Shown one piece after another: positions 50,172 to 59,137 of a stretch of DNA of 64,000 bases. This stretch comes from a bacterium (lineage in GTDB: Bacteria > UBA10199 > 2-02-FULL-44-16 > JAAZCA01). Both the position numbers and the translations under genes were made by a program. Every line of letters begins with the position of its first letter. Position 1 is the first letter of the stretch. The stretch is taken from the NCBI GenBank assembly GCA_963674695.2, contig CAXXGI010000002.1:192001-256000 (forward strand), read 5' to 3'. The notes beneath the pieces were generated by a model. The model had not been told where the DNA came from, did not search any database, and was given only the letters and a program-made list of their open reading frames with translations.

Positions 50172-50315
50172 GCCTTCATCTGAAGGAATGGCAGGGGGGA
50201 CCGCCGTCTCGGCTCAAACGCCGCCTCGACGGCTTTTTCTTCTTTCATCGCAGCATTATAGGCTTCGATTGCGATGAAAGAAGAGATCCCCTCTGCCATT
50301 CCTTCAGGTGAAGGC
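50172..50315 (+). repeat. ~145-nt structured dispersed element, copy 2
   Basis: 29-bp terminal stem with two G-U pairs on the + strand; core shared with 42740-42885. Confidence 0.85.
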
Positions 50316-50401
50316 TCCAGAGGATGATAGGGCAGGGGTTGCAAACGCTTATGGGGTGTGGTCTGCTGCCGCCCGCTGCTGAAAACTCAAGGAGGCAACA
50401 C

Positions 50402-52144
50402 ATGGAAATTCGAGGAAAACGGGCGTTGGTGTTGGGTGGGGCAGGGCTGGTTGGGCAGGCCATCTGTCGCAAGCTCGTCGATGAAGGGATTGCGGAGATC
50501 GTCGTTTCGTCGCTCTTTGAAAACGAGGCACGCGCTTTCATCGATCAGCTCAAGACTGAATATGGCGATCGCTGTCCGAAGCTGCACGCCGAGTGGGGCA
50601 ACGTCTTCGTGCGTCGGAGCCTCAAAGATCTTTCCCGCGTCGAGTTGCTGGAAAAGGCGAACAATCGCGAACAGCTCATCTCGGATCTCCTCAATCCCCT
50701 CAATCGCGAGATCCTCGAGGCATCGACGATGTTTCACCTCTGTACGAAATATAAACCGGAGCTCGTCGTCGATGCGATCAACACGGCCACCGCGATCTCC
50801 TATCAGAACCTCTTCGCTGCCGCCAAGGAGTCTTTCGACGTCATCCACCGTGCGATGCGCGAGAAGGTCTTCACCGAAGAGGCCTTCGGCACGCTCGAAA
50901 AGCTTCTCGTCACGCAATATCTGCCTCAGCTCATTCGTCACGTGCAGGTCTTTCTCTCCAGCATGGTCGAGGCAAAAAGCGAATGTTACTTGAAGATCGG
51001 CACCTGCGGTACCGGCGGTATGGGGCTCAACATTCCGTATACGCATAGCGAAGATAAGCCCTCACAGATGTTGCTCGCCAAGTCCTCCATCGCTGGCGCG
51101 CAGTCGCTGCTCCTCTTCCTCATGGGGCGCACCCCCGGTGGGCCGGTGATCAAAGAGCTCAAGCCCGCCGCGGCGATCGCCTGGAAGCGGATCGAATACG
51201 GGCCGATCATGCGCAAGGGGCAGCCGATTCTGTTGGAGAACATGACATCGGACGAAGCGGTAGAGCTGACCGATACGCTGGCCAAGGGGCTGAAAAAACC
51301 GGTCGGCTATCTGGAGGAGAACGGAAAAGCGAAGGAGCTCATCGCTCCTTTTATCGACACGGGCGAGAACGGAGTTTTTTCCCTCGGCGAGTTCGAAACG
51401 ATCACCGACGAGGGGCAGATGGAATTCATCACGCCCGAGGAGATCGCGCAGGCGGCCGTCTGGGAGATCTACGGGCGCAACTCCGGTTTCGACATCGTCG
51501 CCGCCCTCGACAACTCGACGATGGGGCCGACCTATCGTGCGGGTTATATGCGCGAACAGGCGCTGGAGAGTTTGAAGCGCTTGCGCAAAGAGACGGGGAT
51601 CGAATCGGTCGCCTTTGAGATCCTCGGGCCGCCGCGTTTGTCCAAGCTCCTCTATGAGGCCTATCTGATGCGCAGCCTCTTCGGTACGTTCGATGGGGTC
51701 GCCGCGCTTTCCGCCGAAGAGCTCTCCGCGCGCCTGGCAGAAAAAATTTCAAGCGATGAAGAACTGCGCAGTCGGATCATCTCGATCGGTATTCCGATCC
51801 TGATGCCGGATGGAAAAAAGCTCGTTCGGGGCAACAAGATCGCGGTTCCGGCCGATGTGCCCGGAAAGCCAGATGCGACCTTTGCCATCACCGACGCCGC
51901 GGTCGAAAAGTGGGCGCACGATGGCTGGCTCGACCTGCGGTCGACGAACATGAAGCGCTGGCAGGAACGCCTGGCAGCGATCTCCGCAGAAGTGGGAAAA
52001 CTCGATCGCTGTGATACCTCCAGCTGTATCACGAAATCGGAGCGCTACTGGACGAAGGCTGAAGAGGGACTGCGCATCGAGGAGGCCAAGCTCGCCAGCT
52101 GGATCTTCATCAACGAGGACGAGGGCGAACGCATGAAGGCGTAA
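50402..52144 (+). CDS. Rossmann-fold (SDR-like) protein of unknown function
   Basis: N-terminal LVLGGAGLVG dinucleotide-binding motif; AAGGAGG RBS; 580 aa. Confidence 0.7.
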   Translation: MEIRGKRALVLGGAGLVGQAICRKLVDEGIAEIVVSSLFENEARAFIDQLKTEYGDRCPKLHAEWGNVFVRRSLKDLSRVELLEKANNREQLISDLLNPLNREILEASTMFHLCTKYKPELVVDAINTATAISYQNLFAAAKESFDVIHRAMREKVFTEEAFGTLEKLLVTQYLPQLIRHVQVFLSSMVEAKSECYLKIGTCGTGGMGLNIPYTHSEDKPSQMLLAKSSIAGAQSLLLFLMGRTPGGPVIKELKPAAAIAWKRIEYGPIMRKGQPILLENMTSDEAVELTDTLAKGLKKPVGYLEENGKAKELIAPFIDTGENGVFSLGEFETITDEGQMEFITPEEIAQAAVWEIYGRNSGFDIVAALDNSTMGPTYRAGYMREQALESLKRLRKETGIESVAFEILGPPRLSKLLYEAYLMRSLFGTFDGVAALSAEELSARLAEKISSDEELRSRIISIGIPILMPDGKKLVRGNKIAVPADVPGKPDATFAITDAAVEKWAHDGWLDLRSTNMKRWQERLAAISAEVGKLDRCDTSSCITKSERYWTKAEEGLRIEEAKLASWIFINEDEGERMKA

Positions 52145-52167
52145 TCTCGAGGCAATAGCACGCGCTC

Positions 52168-52194
52168 AGGGCGGCCTTCGGGCCGCCCTTTTTT
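52168..52194 (+). terminator. Intrinsic terminator
   Basis: gggcggcc-ttcg-ggccgccc followed by T6. Confidence 0.85.
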
Positions 52195-52220
52195 ATCAAT
52201 TCTGTCATTATATAATATGC

Positions 52221-52247
52221 GCAACTTTTCTCCCTAATCGGCGATAA
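52221..52247 (+). promoter_or_regulatory. Sigma28-like promoter
   Basis: GCAA-N15-GGCGATAA upstream of 52274. Confidence 0.55.
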
Positions 52248-52273
52248 GGGAAGAACGCAATGAAGGAGAGAGG

Positions 52274-54163
52274 ATGCGCCTGTTAGGACCACATCTGCTC
52301 GGCATCGGTCTGCCCGATGGGCTTTCGGGTTCGACCGCGGCGATGGAGCTGAATACGGCACTCAATGCGGTCGTAGCGGAATCGATCGATTCCACCGGGA
52401 TCGATACCTATGTGCCGCCGCAGGAGGATCGACAGGGGCTTTTTGCCGTGACCGATCACGTGCCGTTGAAACCGGTCGTTCATGTCGCGCATGTGCACGA
52501 TGGTAGCGAGGCGGTCGTGACCGTGAACGGGCAGGTCGTACCGACGGTCGCGCAGACGGCGGAAGTTGTCGTCATCGAGGACCCGGAATACGACTACAAG
52601 GCGCTGAACGAAGCTCCGCTCTACGGTGCCTATGATTATTCGAGCAATCCCGTCGAGGGGACGCTCGATCGACCGGTATTTCTGGGTTCGGATGAAGAGG
52701 GGGCCGTTCGCTTTCTGATCGAGGGCGAGATCCTGCGCGACATCCCTGCACGGGGCGGGATCGTCCTGGCCTTCTCGCCGGACGAGAACTCCGACCGGGT
52801 GCGGCCATTCTTTGCCGACGGTCGTCCGGTTGGACTCGACACAGGCGAGCCGCTTCTCATTCGATCTGAAAACGAACCCGACATCGTCTATCGCAACGGT
52901 AAACTCTGGATGCCTTCCTTTGGGCGCGCGCGCATGGATCTGTTGCTCGCGCATTCGGACGGTTGCATCGAGGCGATTCGCCGACGATCGATGAACGAAG
53001 ATGACCTGCGTTTCCAGCGCAACGAAGAGACCGGAACCTTTACCTTTTCGAGCGGGGACGGGCCGATGTTCGATCAGACCGGATATCTGGAGGGATTTCG
53101 GACGGCGGGATATCTTATGGATCCGATCGCACAATCGGAATCCCATTCCTTCTTTCGGTTGAACGATCGTGTCGTAGCAGCCGATGCCGATCGCGGTTGG
53201 CGGATCGAACAGGATCCTAAACGGTGGAGGCGGACGGGCTTCGTTCAAGATGAGGATGAAATTCCTCGCGTTATCACGCGCGGTGGCGAAGCGGCAGTCA
53301 TCTTCGAAGAGCTCTCCGACGGCGATCTGATCGTCGGTCGTTCGGTTGCAGGCGGTCTGCATCCGGCCCGCGCCGAGGGGTGGCGGTTTTTTCGTGGAAT
53401 GAACGATGGACGTGTGCGCATGCTCTCGAAGCGCCAGGTGCGTGCGCGGTTTCGTTCGATAGTTCAAGAGGGTATGGCGTCCGAGTTCGAACGACTGCTC
53501 GAACCCGCGGCCGAGGTGTGGTGGGAGGGGACGATTGCGTCATCCGCAACTGACGGTGAAGATCTGCATCTGCTTCGATTGCGAAACGGGACGTCAAAAC
53601 ATCGCATTGCGGTTCATCTCTCCGCCGGCGATGCCGCATCTACGATGATGATCGCCGGCGTCGAGGTCCTCTTCCGAACGCCTACGGCCGATGAAATACT
53701 GGCGGCGTTCGCGGTGCAGCCGTGGCGATTGCTGCGACGCTTGGCTCTGGTGACCGTGGCGCCGGACATGGAGATCGATCTGAAGGATATGGATGACGAT
53801 TTCGATGCCGCGCGGTGGTACGAGGGTCGAAAGATGCTCGAACTCTTTCCGATCTTCGACGGTGCCCCCCTGGGCAAGGTGGGTGAGATGCAGCGACTGC
53901 CTCGCCTCATCGGGCACGAGCTGGGGCATGCGGTGGATGAAGGGCGTGCGCTGCATCGCCGACTCCTGGCCATGGCCATGACGCTCGACGGCGTGGCGCT
54001 CGATCGCTATCTGCTCAAACATTTTCCGGATGCCCATCACGAGCGTGCGCTGGCCGAGCGCATCGCCGATCTCGTCTCGATTGCGCGCGAGGATCATGAC
54101 GGTCTCATCGCGGCAGCGCCGCACACGGCCGACTTCATCGCGTGGCTGATAAATCGCTCGTGA
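52274..54163 (+). CDS. Orphan with C-terminal HExxH zinc-metallopeptidase-like domain
   Basis: GHELGHAVDE with a downstream E..AE; no signal peptide. Confidence 0.6.
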   Translation: MRLLGPHLLGIGLPDGLSGSTAAMELNTALNAVVAESIDSTGIDTYVPPQEDRQGLFAVTDHVPLKPVVHVAHVHDGSEAVVTVNGQVVPTVAQTAEVVVIEDPEYDYKALNEAPLYGAYDYSSNPVEGTLDRPVFLGSDEEGAVRFLIEGEILRDIPARGGIVLAFSPDENSDRVRPFFADGRPVGLDTGEPLLIRSENEPDIVYRNGKLWMPSFGRARMDLLLAHSDGCIEAIRRRSMNEDDLRFQRNEETGTFTFSSGDGPMFDQTGYLEGFRTAGYLMDPIAQSESHSFFRLNDRVVAADADRGWRIEQDPKRWRRTGFVQDEDEIPRVITRGGEAAVIFEELSDGDLIVGRSVAGGLHPARAEGWRFFRGMNDGRVRMLSKRQVRARFRSIVQEGMASEFERLLEPAAEVWWEGTIASSATDGEDLHLLRLRNGTSKHRIAVHLSAGDAASTMMIAGVEVLFRTPTADEILAAFAVQPWRLLRRLALVTVAPDMEIDLKDMDDDFDAARWYEGRKMLELFPIFDGAPLGKVGEMQRLPRLIGHELGHAVDEGRALHRRLLAMAMTLDGVALDRYLLKHFPDAHHERALAERIADLVSIAREDHDGLIAAAPHTADFIAWLINRS

Positions 54164-54202
54164 TACTTGCATCCAGTGGTACACGGGCGTATTTCGATAC
54201 CC

Positions 54203-54583
54203 ATGACCCTTCCGACCAAACGCTTTCGAAAGCTCAACGAGGACTTCACCTGTGAACACTGCGGGCGCGAGGTTCCGGCTGCTTCCGGCGGCACGCCGCG
54301 CAACCACTGTCCCTTCTGCCTCTGGTGCAAACATGTCGATGTGAACCCCGGCGATCGCGCCAACCCCTGCAAGGGTTCCCTGCGCCCGATCGGCGTCGTG
54401 AGCGATGCGCGCAAGACCTATGTGATCATGCACGAGTGCCAGCGCTGCGGCGAGCGCACGCGCGCACGCGCCATCCTCGACGACGATGTGGCCGCCGACG
54501 ACATCGATCTTATTCGGGAGTTATCAGCAAAGCCGATTGAAAATGAGCGGGCAGGAGCGCCAAAAAAGAAAAAACGGCGGTGA
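54203..54583 (+). CDS. RNHCP-domain protein
   Basis: FTCEHCG...RNHCPFCLWCKHVD..PGDRA..C. Confidence 0.9.
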   Translation: MTLPTKRFRKLNEDFTCEHCGREVPAASGGTPRNHCPFCLWCKHVDVNPGDRANPCKGSLRPIGVVSDARKTYVIMHECQRCGERTRARAILDDDVAADDIDLIRELSAKPIENERAGAPKKKKRR

Positions 54584-54619
54584 TTGCTCACCGCCGAGAT
54601 TGATAACAAATCTGAGTTT

Positions 54620-54647
54620 TGTCATCCCCGCGAAAGCGGGGATGACA
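54620..54647. repeat. Minimal REP-like hairpin
   Basis: tgtcatccccgcgaaagcggggatgaca, preceded by agattgataacaaatc. Confidence 0.8.
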
Positions 54648-54660
54648 ACAGCACGGTTCG

Positions 54661-54996
54661 CTATATCTGTCCCTGCAGCAGGAAGGCAATCACCAACGCA
54701 TAGATCACGAGCGATTCGATGAGCGCGAGCGCGATGATCATCGGCGTGAGCACGCGCTTTCCCGCCTCCGGGTTGCGTGCGATGCCCTCCATGGCGGCGG
54801 CGGCCACCTTGCCCTGCCCGATGGCGCCGCCGAGGGCGGCCAAGCCGATGGCGATTCCCGCGCCGATAGCGAGCGCCCAGCGATAAGCGCCGAACTTCAT
54901 GACCTTGGTCGTCTCCGTGAAGGTTTCCTGCGCGACGACGAGAAACGGAAAGAGGGCGACGTACGTTCCGGTGGCAAGGGCTGCGATGCGCTTCAT
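54661..54996 (-). CDS. atpE: ATP synthase F0 subunit c
   Basis: GIARNPE and ALIESLVIY (ion-binding Glu); N-terminal extension. Confidence 0.95.
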   Translation of the reverse strand: MKRIAALATGTYVALFPFLVVAQETFTETTKVMKFGAYRWALAIGAGIAIGLAALGGAIGQGKVAAAAMEGIARNPEAGKRVLTPMIIALALIESLVIYALVIAFLLQGQI

Positions 54997-55015
54997 CGAA
55001 AACCTCCTCGAATGA

Positions 55016-55735
55016 TTACTCGACCTCATCGCCCGCCTGCGCGAGCGCGATATAGATGACTGAGAGCAAGGTAAATACAAACGCCTGAATAAACGCAACA
55101 AAAATTGCCAGCATCATGAAAACGATCGGGACGATCACCGGAGCGATCCCCTCGAAAATCTGCAGGACGACGTGGTCGCCCAGGATGTTGCCCATGAGTC
55201 GGATCGAGAGCGAGACCGGTCGCACGATGTGGCTGATCAGCTCGATGGCGAGCATGAGCGGGGCCAGCCAGACGACCGGCCCGGTCATATGTTTGAAATA
55301 GCGGCGGATGCCATGTGTCTGGATGCCGATAACATTATAATAGAGAAAGACCACGACGGCACAGGCGAGGTTGGTGTTGATGCTCTCGGTCGGAGGGCTC
55401 ATCCCCGGCACGATGCCCGTCAGGCTGGAGATGAGCAGGTAGAGGAAGAGCCCCGCGATCAGCGGGAGGTGGCGTCGGGCGGTCGGCCCGAGGGCATCCT
55501 CGAGCATGCGCAGCAGGGCCTCAACGATGACCTCAGCGATGTTGGCGAGCGTGGTGCGATTCTCCGGAACGAGGCGGTCCTCGGTGTGGCGCAGTTTTCG
55601 CCAGATGAGCAGGGAGATGATCAGGATGAAGATGAGGACGATGAGGGCCGAGATCACGTGTTCATACTGATCGCCCCAGGATGGGGGCAGCCCCGTCAGA
55701 TCCACGAACCACGCGATGAGGGAGAAGCGATCCAT
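55016..55735 (-). CDS. atpB: ATP synthase F0 subunit a
   Basis: RPVSLSIRLMGNI and IQAFVFTLL motifs. Confidence 0.96.
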   Translation of the reverse strand: MDRFSLIAWFVDLTGLPPSWGDQYEHVISALIVLIFILIISLLIWRKLRHTEDRLVPENRTTLANIAEVIVEALLRMLEDALGPTARRHLPLIAGLFLYLLISSLTGIVPGMSPPTESINTNLACAVVVFLYYNVIGIQTHGIRRYFKHMTGPVVWLAPLMLAIELISHIVRPVSLSIRLMGNILGDHVVLQIFEGIAPVIVPIVFMMLAIFVAFIQAFVFTLLSVIYIALAQAGDEVE

Positions 55736-55741
55736 GTATCC

Positions 55742-56158
55742 TCACGATGCCTTCGACCGACTCGGTATCTCCTCGCATCGCCCGGAGCGCACTGTTGTCA
55801 GTGCCGCGACGAGTAGGGCGGCGACGACGCTCGAAAACCCAGCGAGGAAGGCAAACGAATCCACCCGGCGCATGTGCAGCAGCCACCAGATGAATCCGCC
55901 GATGATCAGCAATTTGAGTGACCCGATGATGAGGATCGCCGTCGTCTTGGCGCCCGTCGGGTTGTGCATCAATCGATTGAGCGTCAGGATCAGGATGGTG
56001 AAACTGGCCATGCCCACGGCGGTACCTGCGGCGATGCCGATGGCGAAATCGGTGCGCCCCAGCAGCAGCGCGAACAGCGTCGCCATACCCCCCAGCGTAC
56101 CCCCGATGATGAGGACGCGACCGATGAGCGCGGTGATGGTGCGGGCGGGTGTCGTCAT
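55742..56158 (-). CDS. atpI: ATP synthase protein I
   Basis: Four-TM protein between atpZ and atpB; ATG 56158 overlaps the atpZ stop. Confidence 0.75.
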   Translation of the reverse strand: MTTPARTITALIGRVLIIGGTLGGMATLFALLLGRTDFAIGIAAGTAVGMASFTILILTLNRLMHNPTGAKTTAILIIGSLKLLIIGGFIWWLLHMRRVDSFAFLAGFSSVVAALLVAALTTVRSGRCEEIPSRSKAS

Positions 56159-56394
56159 GGGCGCTTGGTCTCCATCCACCGCACGATGCGGATCAGGTTC
56201 ACGATGCCACCGGCAAAACCGGCGATCAGGCCGATGGCGGTAAAGAGCGGCGAGGTGCCCCAGTGCTTGTCGGCCCAATCGCCGATGAAGAGCCCGGCCA
56301 CCGTCGAGGTTGCCAGCTGCACGCCCGCCGAGACATAGAGCGCCGCCCCCGCATACGGCGGGAGTTTCCCCGATGAGGAGCCACGGCTGAGCAT
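56155..56394 (-). CDS. atpZ: AtpZ/AtpI-family protein
   Basis: GLFIGDWADKHWGTSP..G...G motif at the head of the F0 operon. Confidence 0.8.
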   Translation of the reverse strand: MLSRGSSSGKLPPYAGAALYVSAGVQLATSTVAGLFIGDWADKHWGTSPLFTAIGLIAGFAGGIVNLIRIVRWMETKRP

Positions 56395-56413
56395 AAAGGG
56401 TGTTTAACACAGG

Positions 56414-56440
56414 ATGGTCAATGGTCAATGGTCAATGGTC
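56414..56440. repeat. Heptamer tandem repeat (ATGGTCA, ~4 units)
   Basis: atggtcaatggtcaatggtcaatggtc. Confidence 0.8.
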
Positions 56441-56448
56441 TGCAGTTC

Positions 56449-57627
56449 CTACCCCCCGACGAGACCCTTGAGGATATCGCCGGTTCCCTCCACACCGTCC
56501 ATGAACCAGTACTGTACGCCGTCGACAGTGATGGCGACATCCCAGGTGTGAATATCGCTGGCCCTGGCATAGGAGCTGTCTTCACTCAAGATCTTTCCCC
56601 ACGTATTGCTCGGCGAGGGGCGTGTGGCGATAACGATCGTTGCACCCTTATAGATGAAGCTGGCCGTGAGGTCCTTGATTCCGGCGCAGGCGCTGACGAT
56701 CTCTTCGTTCGGCGTGCTCTGAAAGGCATATCCGTCGAACGGCTTGGTAGCCGCACCTCCGCCGGGGAGGCGCTGCATGCAGGAGAATTCGAGCTTCTTT
56801 CCCTTGCGCCCAACCGTGCGCTGATGGTCGAGCGCTTCGCGCAGGAGTTTTTTGATGGAGGCGATCTTTTTGGGGGCCAGCGCCTTCCGGATATCGCGGC
56901 CGTATGCCTTGACGTCTTTATCCTCCACTTTTCGTACACAGCCGCCCGCCGATTCCTTGGCGGCACCGATCACCTTTCCGCCGCAGATGGTGCCCTTTAC
57001 GACGCGACGATGGTCGGGGACGCTGTCGATCTTCCCGCCGGTCGTCACCACCCAGTCGATGCGTTGATCGCCGCTCTTTACCCTGAGGTCGTTGCTCCGC
57101 TGCCACTGCCCTTTGACCTGCTCGCGGGCATCCTTGAAGATGACATAGCGCGAGAACTGAGAGCCTATATCCGGCGGAGCGGTGAACTCCACATAGGTCT
57201 CGCTGTTGGGCATGATGACGACGGAGGTGAGCCCTTTTTGTGTCTGCGGGTGACTCAGCGAGGACTTGTCGTCGGAGGTGCTCACCTGGGGCCGAGCTTC
57301 CTTCCGACTCGCTTTCATCTTCTTTTTCCGACAGGTCTTGGTCAGCCCGTGTTTGCCGTTGATCCTCACCTTCTTGAGGCCTTTCGCATCCTCCACGCTG
57401 CGGAAGAGGCGCGGAATCCATGCCGCACAGGACGAACCCGGCTTGGCGGTGATGGAGGTCTTGAGTCCCGGTCCCGTGAGCGTGACCTTTTTCTTCCCCT
57501 TCTTTTCGAGGATGAAGCACTGGCGCACGAGCGCCTCGCAGGTACACTGAGCCCGTTCCCCAAGCTTCTCACCGAAGGGTTCGCACTTGGGATAAAAATT
57601 CGCTGCTGTTTTTTTGACCTTGCCCAT
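56449..57627 (-). CDS. Orphan Cys/Lys-rich protein; N-terminal domain shared with 61751-63397
   Basis: Starts MGKVKK after GAGGG; FYP.CE..GEK.GE...C.C..LVRQCF motif. Confidence 0.7.
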   Translation of the reverse strand: MGKVKKTAANFYPKCEPFGEKLGERAQCTCEALVRQCFILEKKGKKKVTLTGPGLKTSITAKPGSSCAAWIPRLFRSVEDAKGLKKVRINGKHGLTKTCRKKKMKASRKEARPQVSTSDDKSSLSHPQTQKGLTSVVIMPNSETYVEFTAPPDIGSQFSRYVIFKDAREQVKGQWQRSNDLRVKSGDQRIDWVVTTGGKIDSVPDHRRVVKGTICGGKVIGAAKESAGGCVRKVEDKDVKAYGRDIRKALAPKKIASIKKLLREALDHQRTVGRKGKKLEFSCMQRLPGGGAATKPFDGYAFQSTPNEEIVSACAGIKDLTASFIYKGATIVIATRPSPSNTWGKILSEDSSYARASDIHTWDVAITVDGVQYWFMDGVEGTGDILKGLVGG

Positions 57628-57748
57628 CGTCCCCTCTCCCTTCACGCCGACGCAGCCGTGATCACGGCGGCGATTCCCCTGTATCGTCCTTTCTCCAAAA
57701 AAGGTGCGTGTTTTTTTTGCATCCAAAAAAAAACCGCTGTCATAAGGG

Positions 57749-57776
57749 GTATCGGCGTTTACCGCGAAAATGATGC
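57749..57776 (-). promoter_or_regulatory. Sigma28-like promoter
   Basis: GCATCATTTT...GCCGATAC (GCAT-N16-GCCGATAC). Confidence 0.5.
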
Positions 57777-57946
57777 TCGGAATTTCTATATGGCGAAACG
57801 ATTTCGGGTCTGCCCCGATGGGTCCGGCCCGGACCGCTCCCGAAAGGCGGTTATTTCACACTGATTTTAAAGGGTTACACTCTGCATGCTTGCCATCGGG
57901 TGGGCGGGCATGCTACGCCCCGCTTTCCCGGAAAGGAAGGATCCCC

Positions 57947-58948
57947 ATGCGTTTCCCGCTCTCGCAGACGATGACCGTTTTTCGCTACATGCGCCGGCAA
58001 AAACAGGCCGGAAAGACCCGATTTCCGCTCGTGCTCATGCTCGAGCCGCTCTTTGCGTGCAACCTGGCCTGTTCGGGCTGTGGGCGCATCCGTGAATATC
58101 GCGACGACATGAAGCGGATGATGCCGCTTGAAGAGTGCCTCAAGGCCGTGGACGACTGCGGCGCGCCGGTGGTCTCCATCTGCGGCGGCGAGCCGCTCCT
58201 CTACCCGGAGCTTCCGGAACTCATCGAGGCCATCATCGCCCGTGGTCGCGTGGTCTATCTCTGCACGAACGGCCAGACGCTGGAGAAATCGGTTCAGAAG
58301 CTTGTGCCCCACAAGCGCTTCAACATCAATGTGCACCTCGACGGGATGGCAAAGACCCACGACATCATCGTCGAGCGTGAGGGCGCCTTTGCCAAGGCTC
58401 TCGACGGCATGCGCGCGGCGAAAAAGGCGGGTTTCACCGTCTGCACCAACACCACCGTCTATGCCCAGACCGATGTCGAGGAGGTCAAGGAGCTCATTCG
58501 GTTCCTCGAGGATGAGGGGATCGACGGCATCCTGCTCTCGCCTGGCTTCGACTATGGCGATGTGGAGGATCAGTCGGTCTTTCTGACGCGCGAAACGGTG
58601 AAGGAGAAATTCTCACAGTTGCGCGAGGCGGGGCGCTCAAAAAAGGTCTGGGCCACGCCGCTCTTCCTCGACTACCTCGCGGGAAAACGCGATTTCGCCT
58701 GCACGCCCTGGGGGAACGTCACCTATAATCTGCGCGGCTGGAAGGCGCCCTGTTATCTCGTCACCGATGAGCACCGCACCGAATGGTCCGACTTCATCGA
58801 TGGTGTCGATTGGGGCAAGTACGGCCCGGGCAACGACGAGCGCTGCACCAACTGCATGGCCCACTGCGGGGTCGAACCGACCATCGCGCTCACCGCGCAA
58901 GACTCCATCAAAGATGCGCTGACCATGGCCCGCTGGACGCTGTTTTGA
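57947..58948 (+). CDS. hpnH: Adenosylhopane synthase radical SAM enzyme
   Basis: LVLMLEPLFACNLACSGCG; CTPWG; PCYL; RCTNCMAHCG.E. Confidence 0.9.
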   Translation: MRFPLSQTMTVFRYMRRQKQAGKTRFPLVLMLEPLFACNLACSGCGRIREYRDDMKRMMPLEECLKAVDDCGAPVVSICGGEPLLYPELPELIEAIIARGRVVYLCTNGQTLEKSVQKLVPHKRFNINVHLDGMAKTHDIIVEREGAFAKALDGMRAAKKAGFTVCTNTTVYAQTDVEEVKELIRFLEDEGIDGILLSPGFDYGDVEDQSVFLTRETVKEKFSQLREAGRSKKVWATPLFLDYLAGKRDFACTPWGNVTYNLRGWKAPCYLVTDEHRTEWSDFIDGVDWGKYGPGNDERCTNCMAHCGVEPTIALTAQDSIKDALTMARWTLF

Positions 58949-59117
58949 GATTGATGACAAATCCGGCTGTTGTCATCCCCGCCCCCGATTCAATCATTCG
59001 AGGGCAGGCTCCAGCGGGGATCTCGATGGGCATTACAAGCGAGACTCCCGCCTGCGCGGGAGTGACAATCTTGAGTTCCATGAAAATAACAGTGCAGGAG
59101 GATTTTGTCATCAATCT
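58948..59117. repeat. REP-like doublet (58971-59067) nested in an outer IR
   Basis: Outer arms agattgatgacaaatcc (58948-58964) and ggattttgtcatcaatct (59100-59117). Confidence 0.7.
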
Positions 59118-59137
59118 GGTTCTAACGGTATTTTCTA

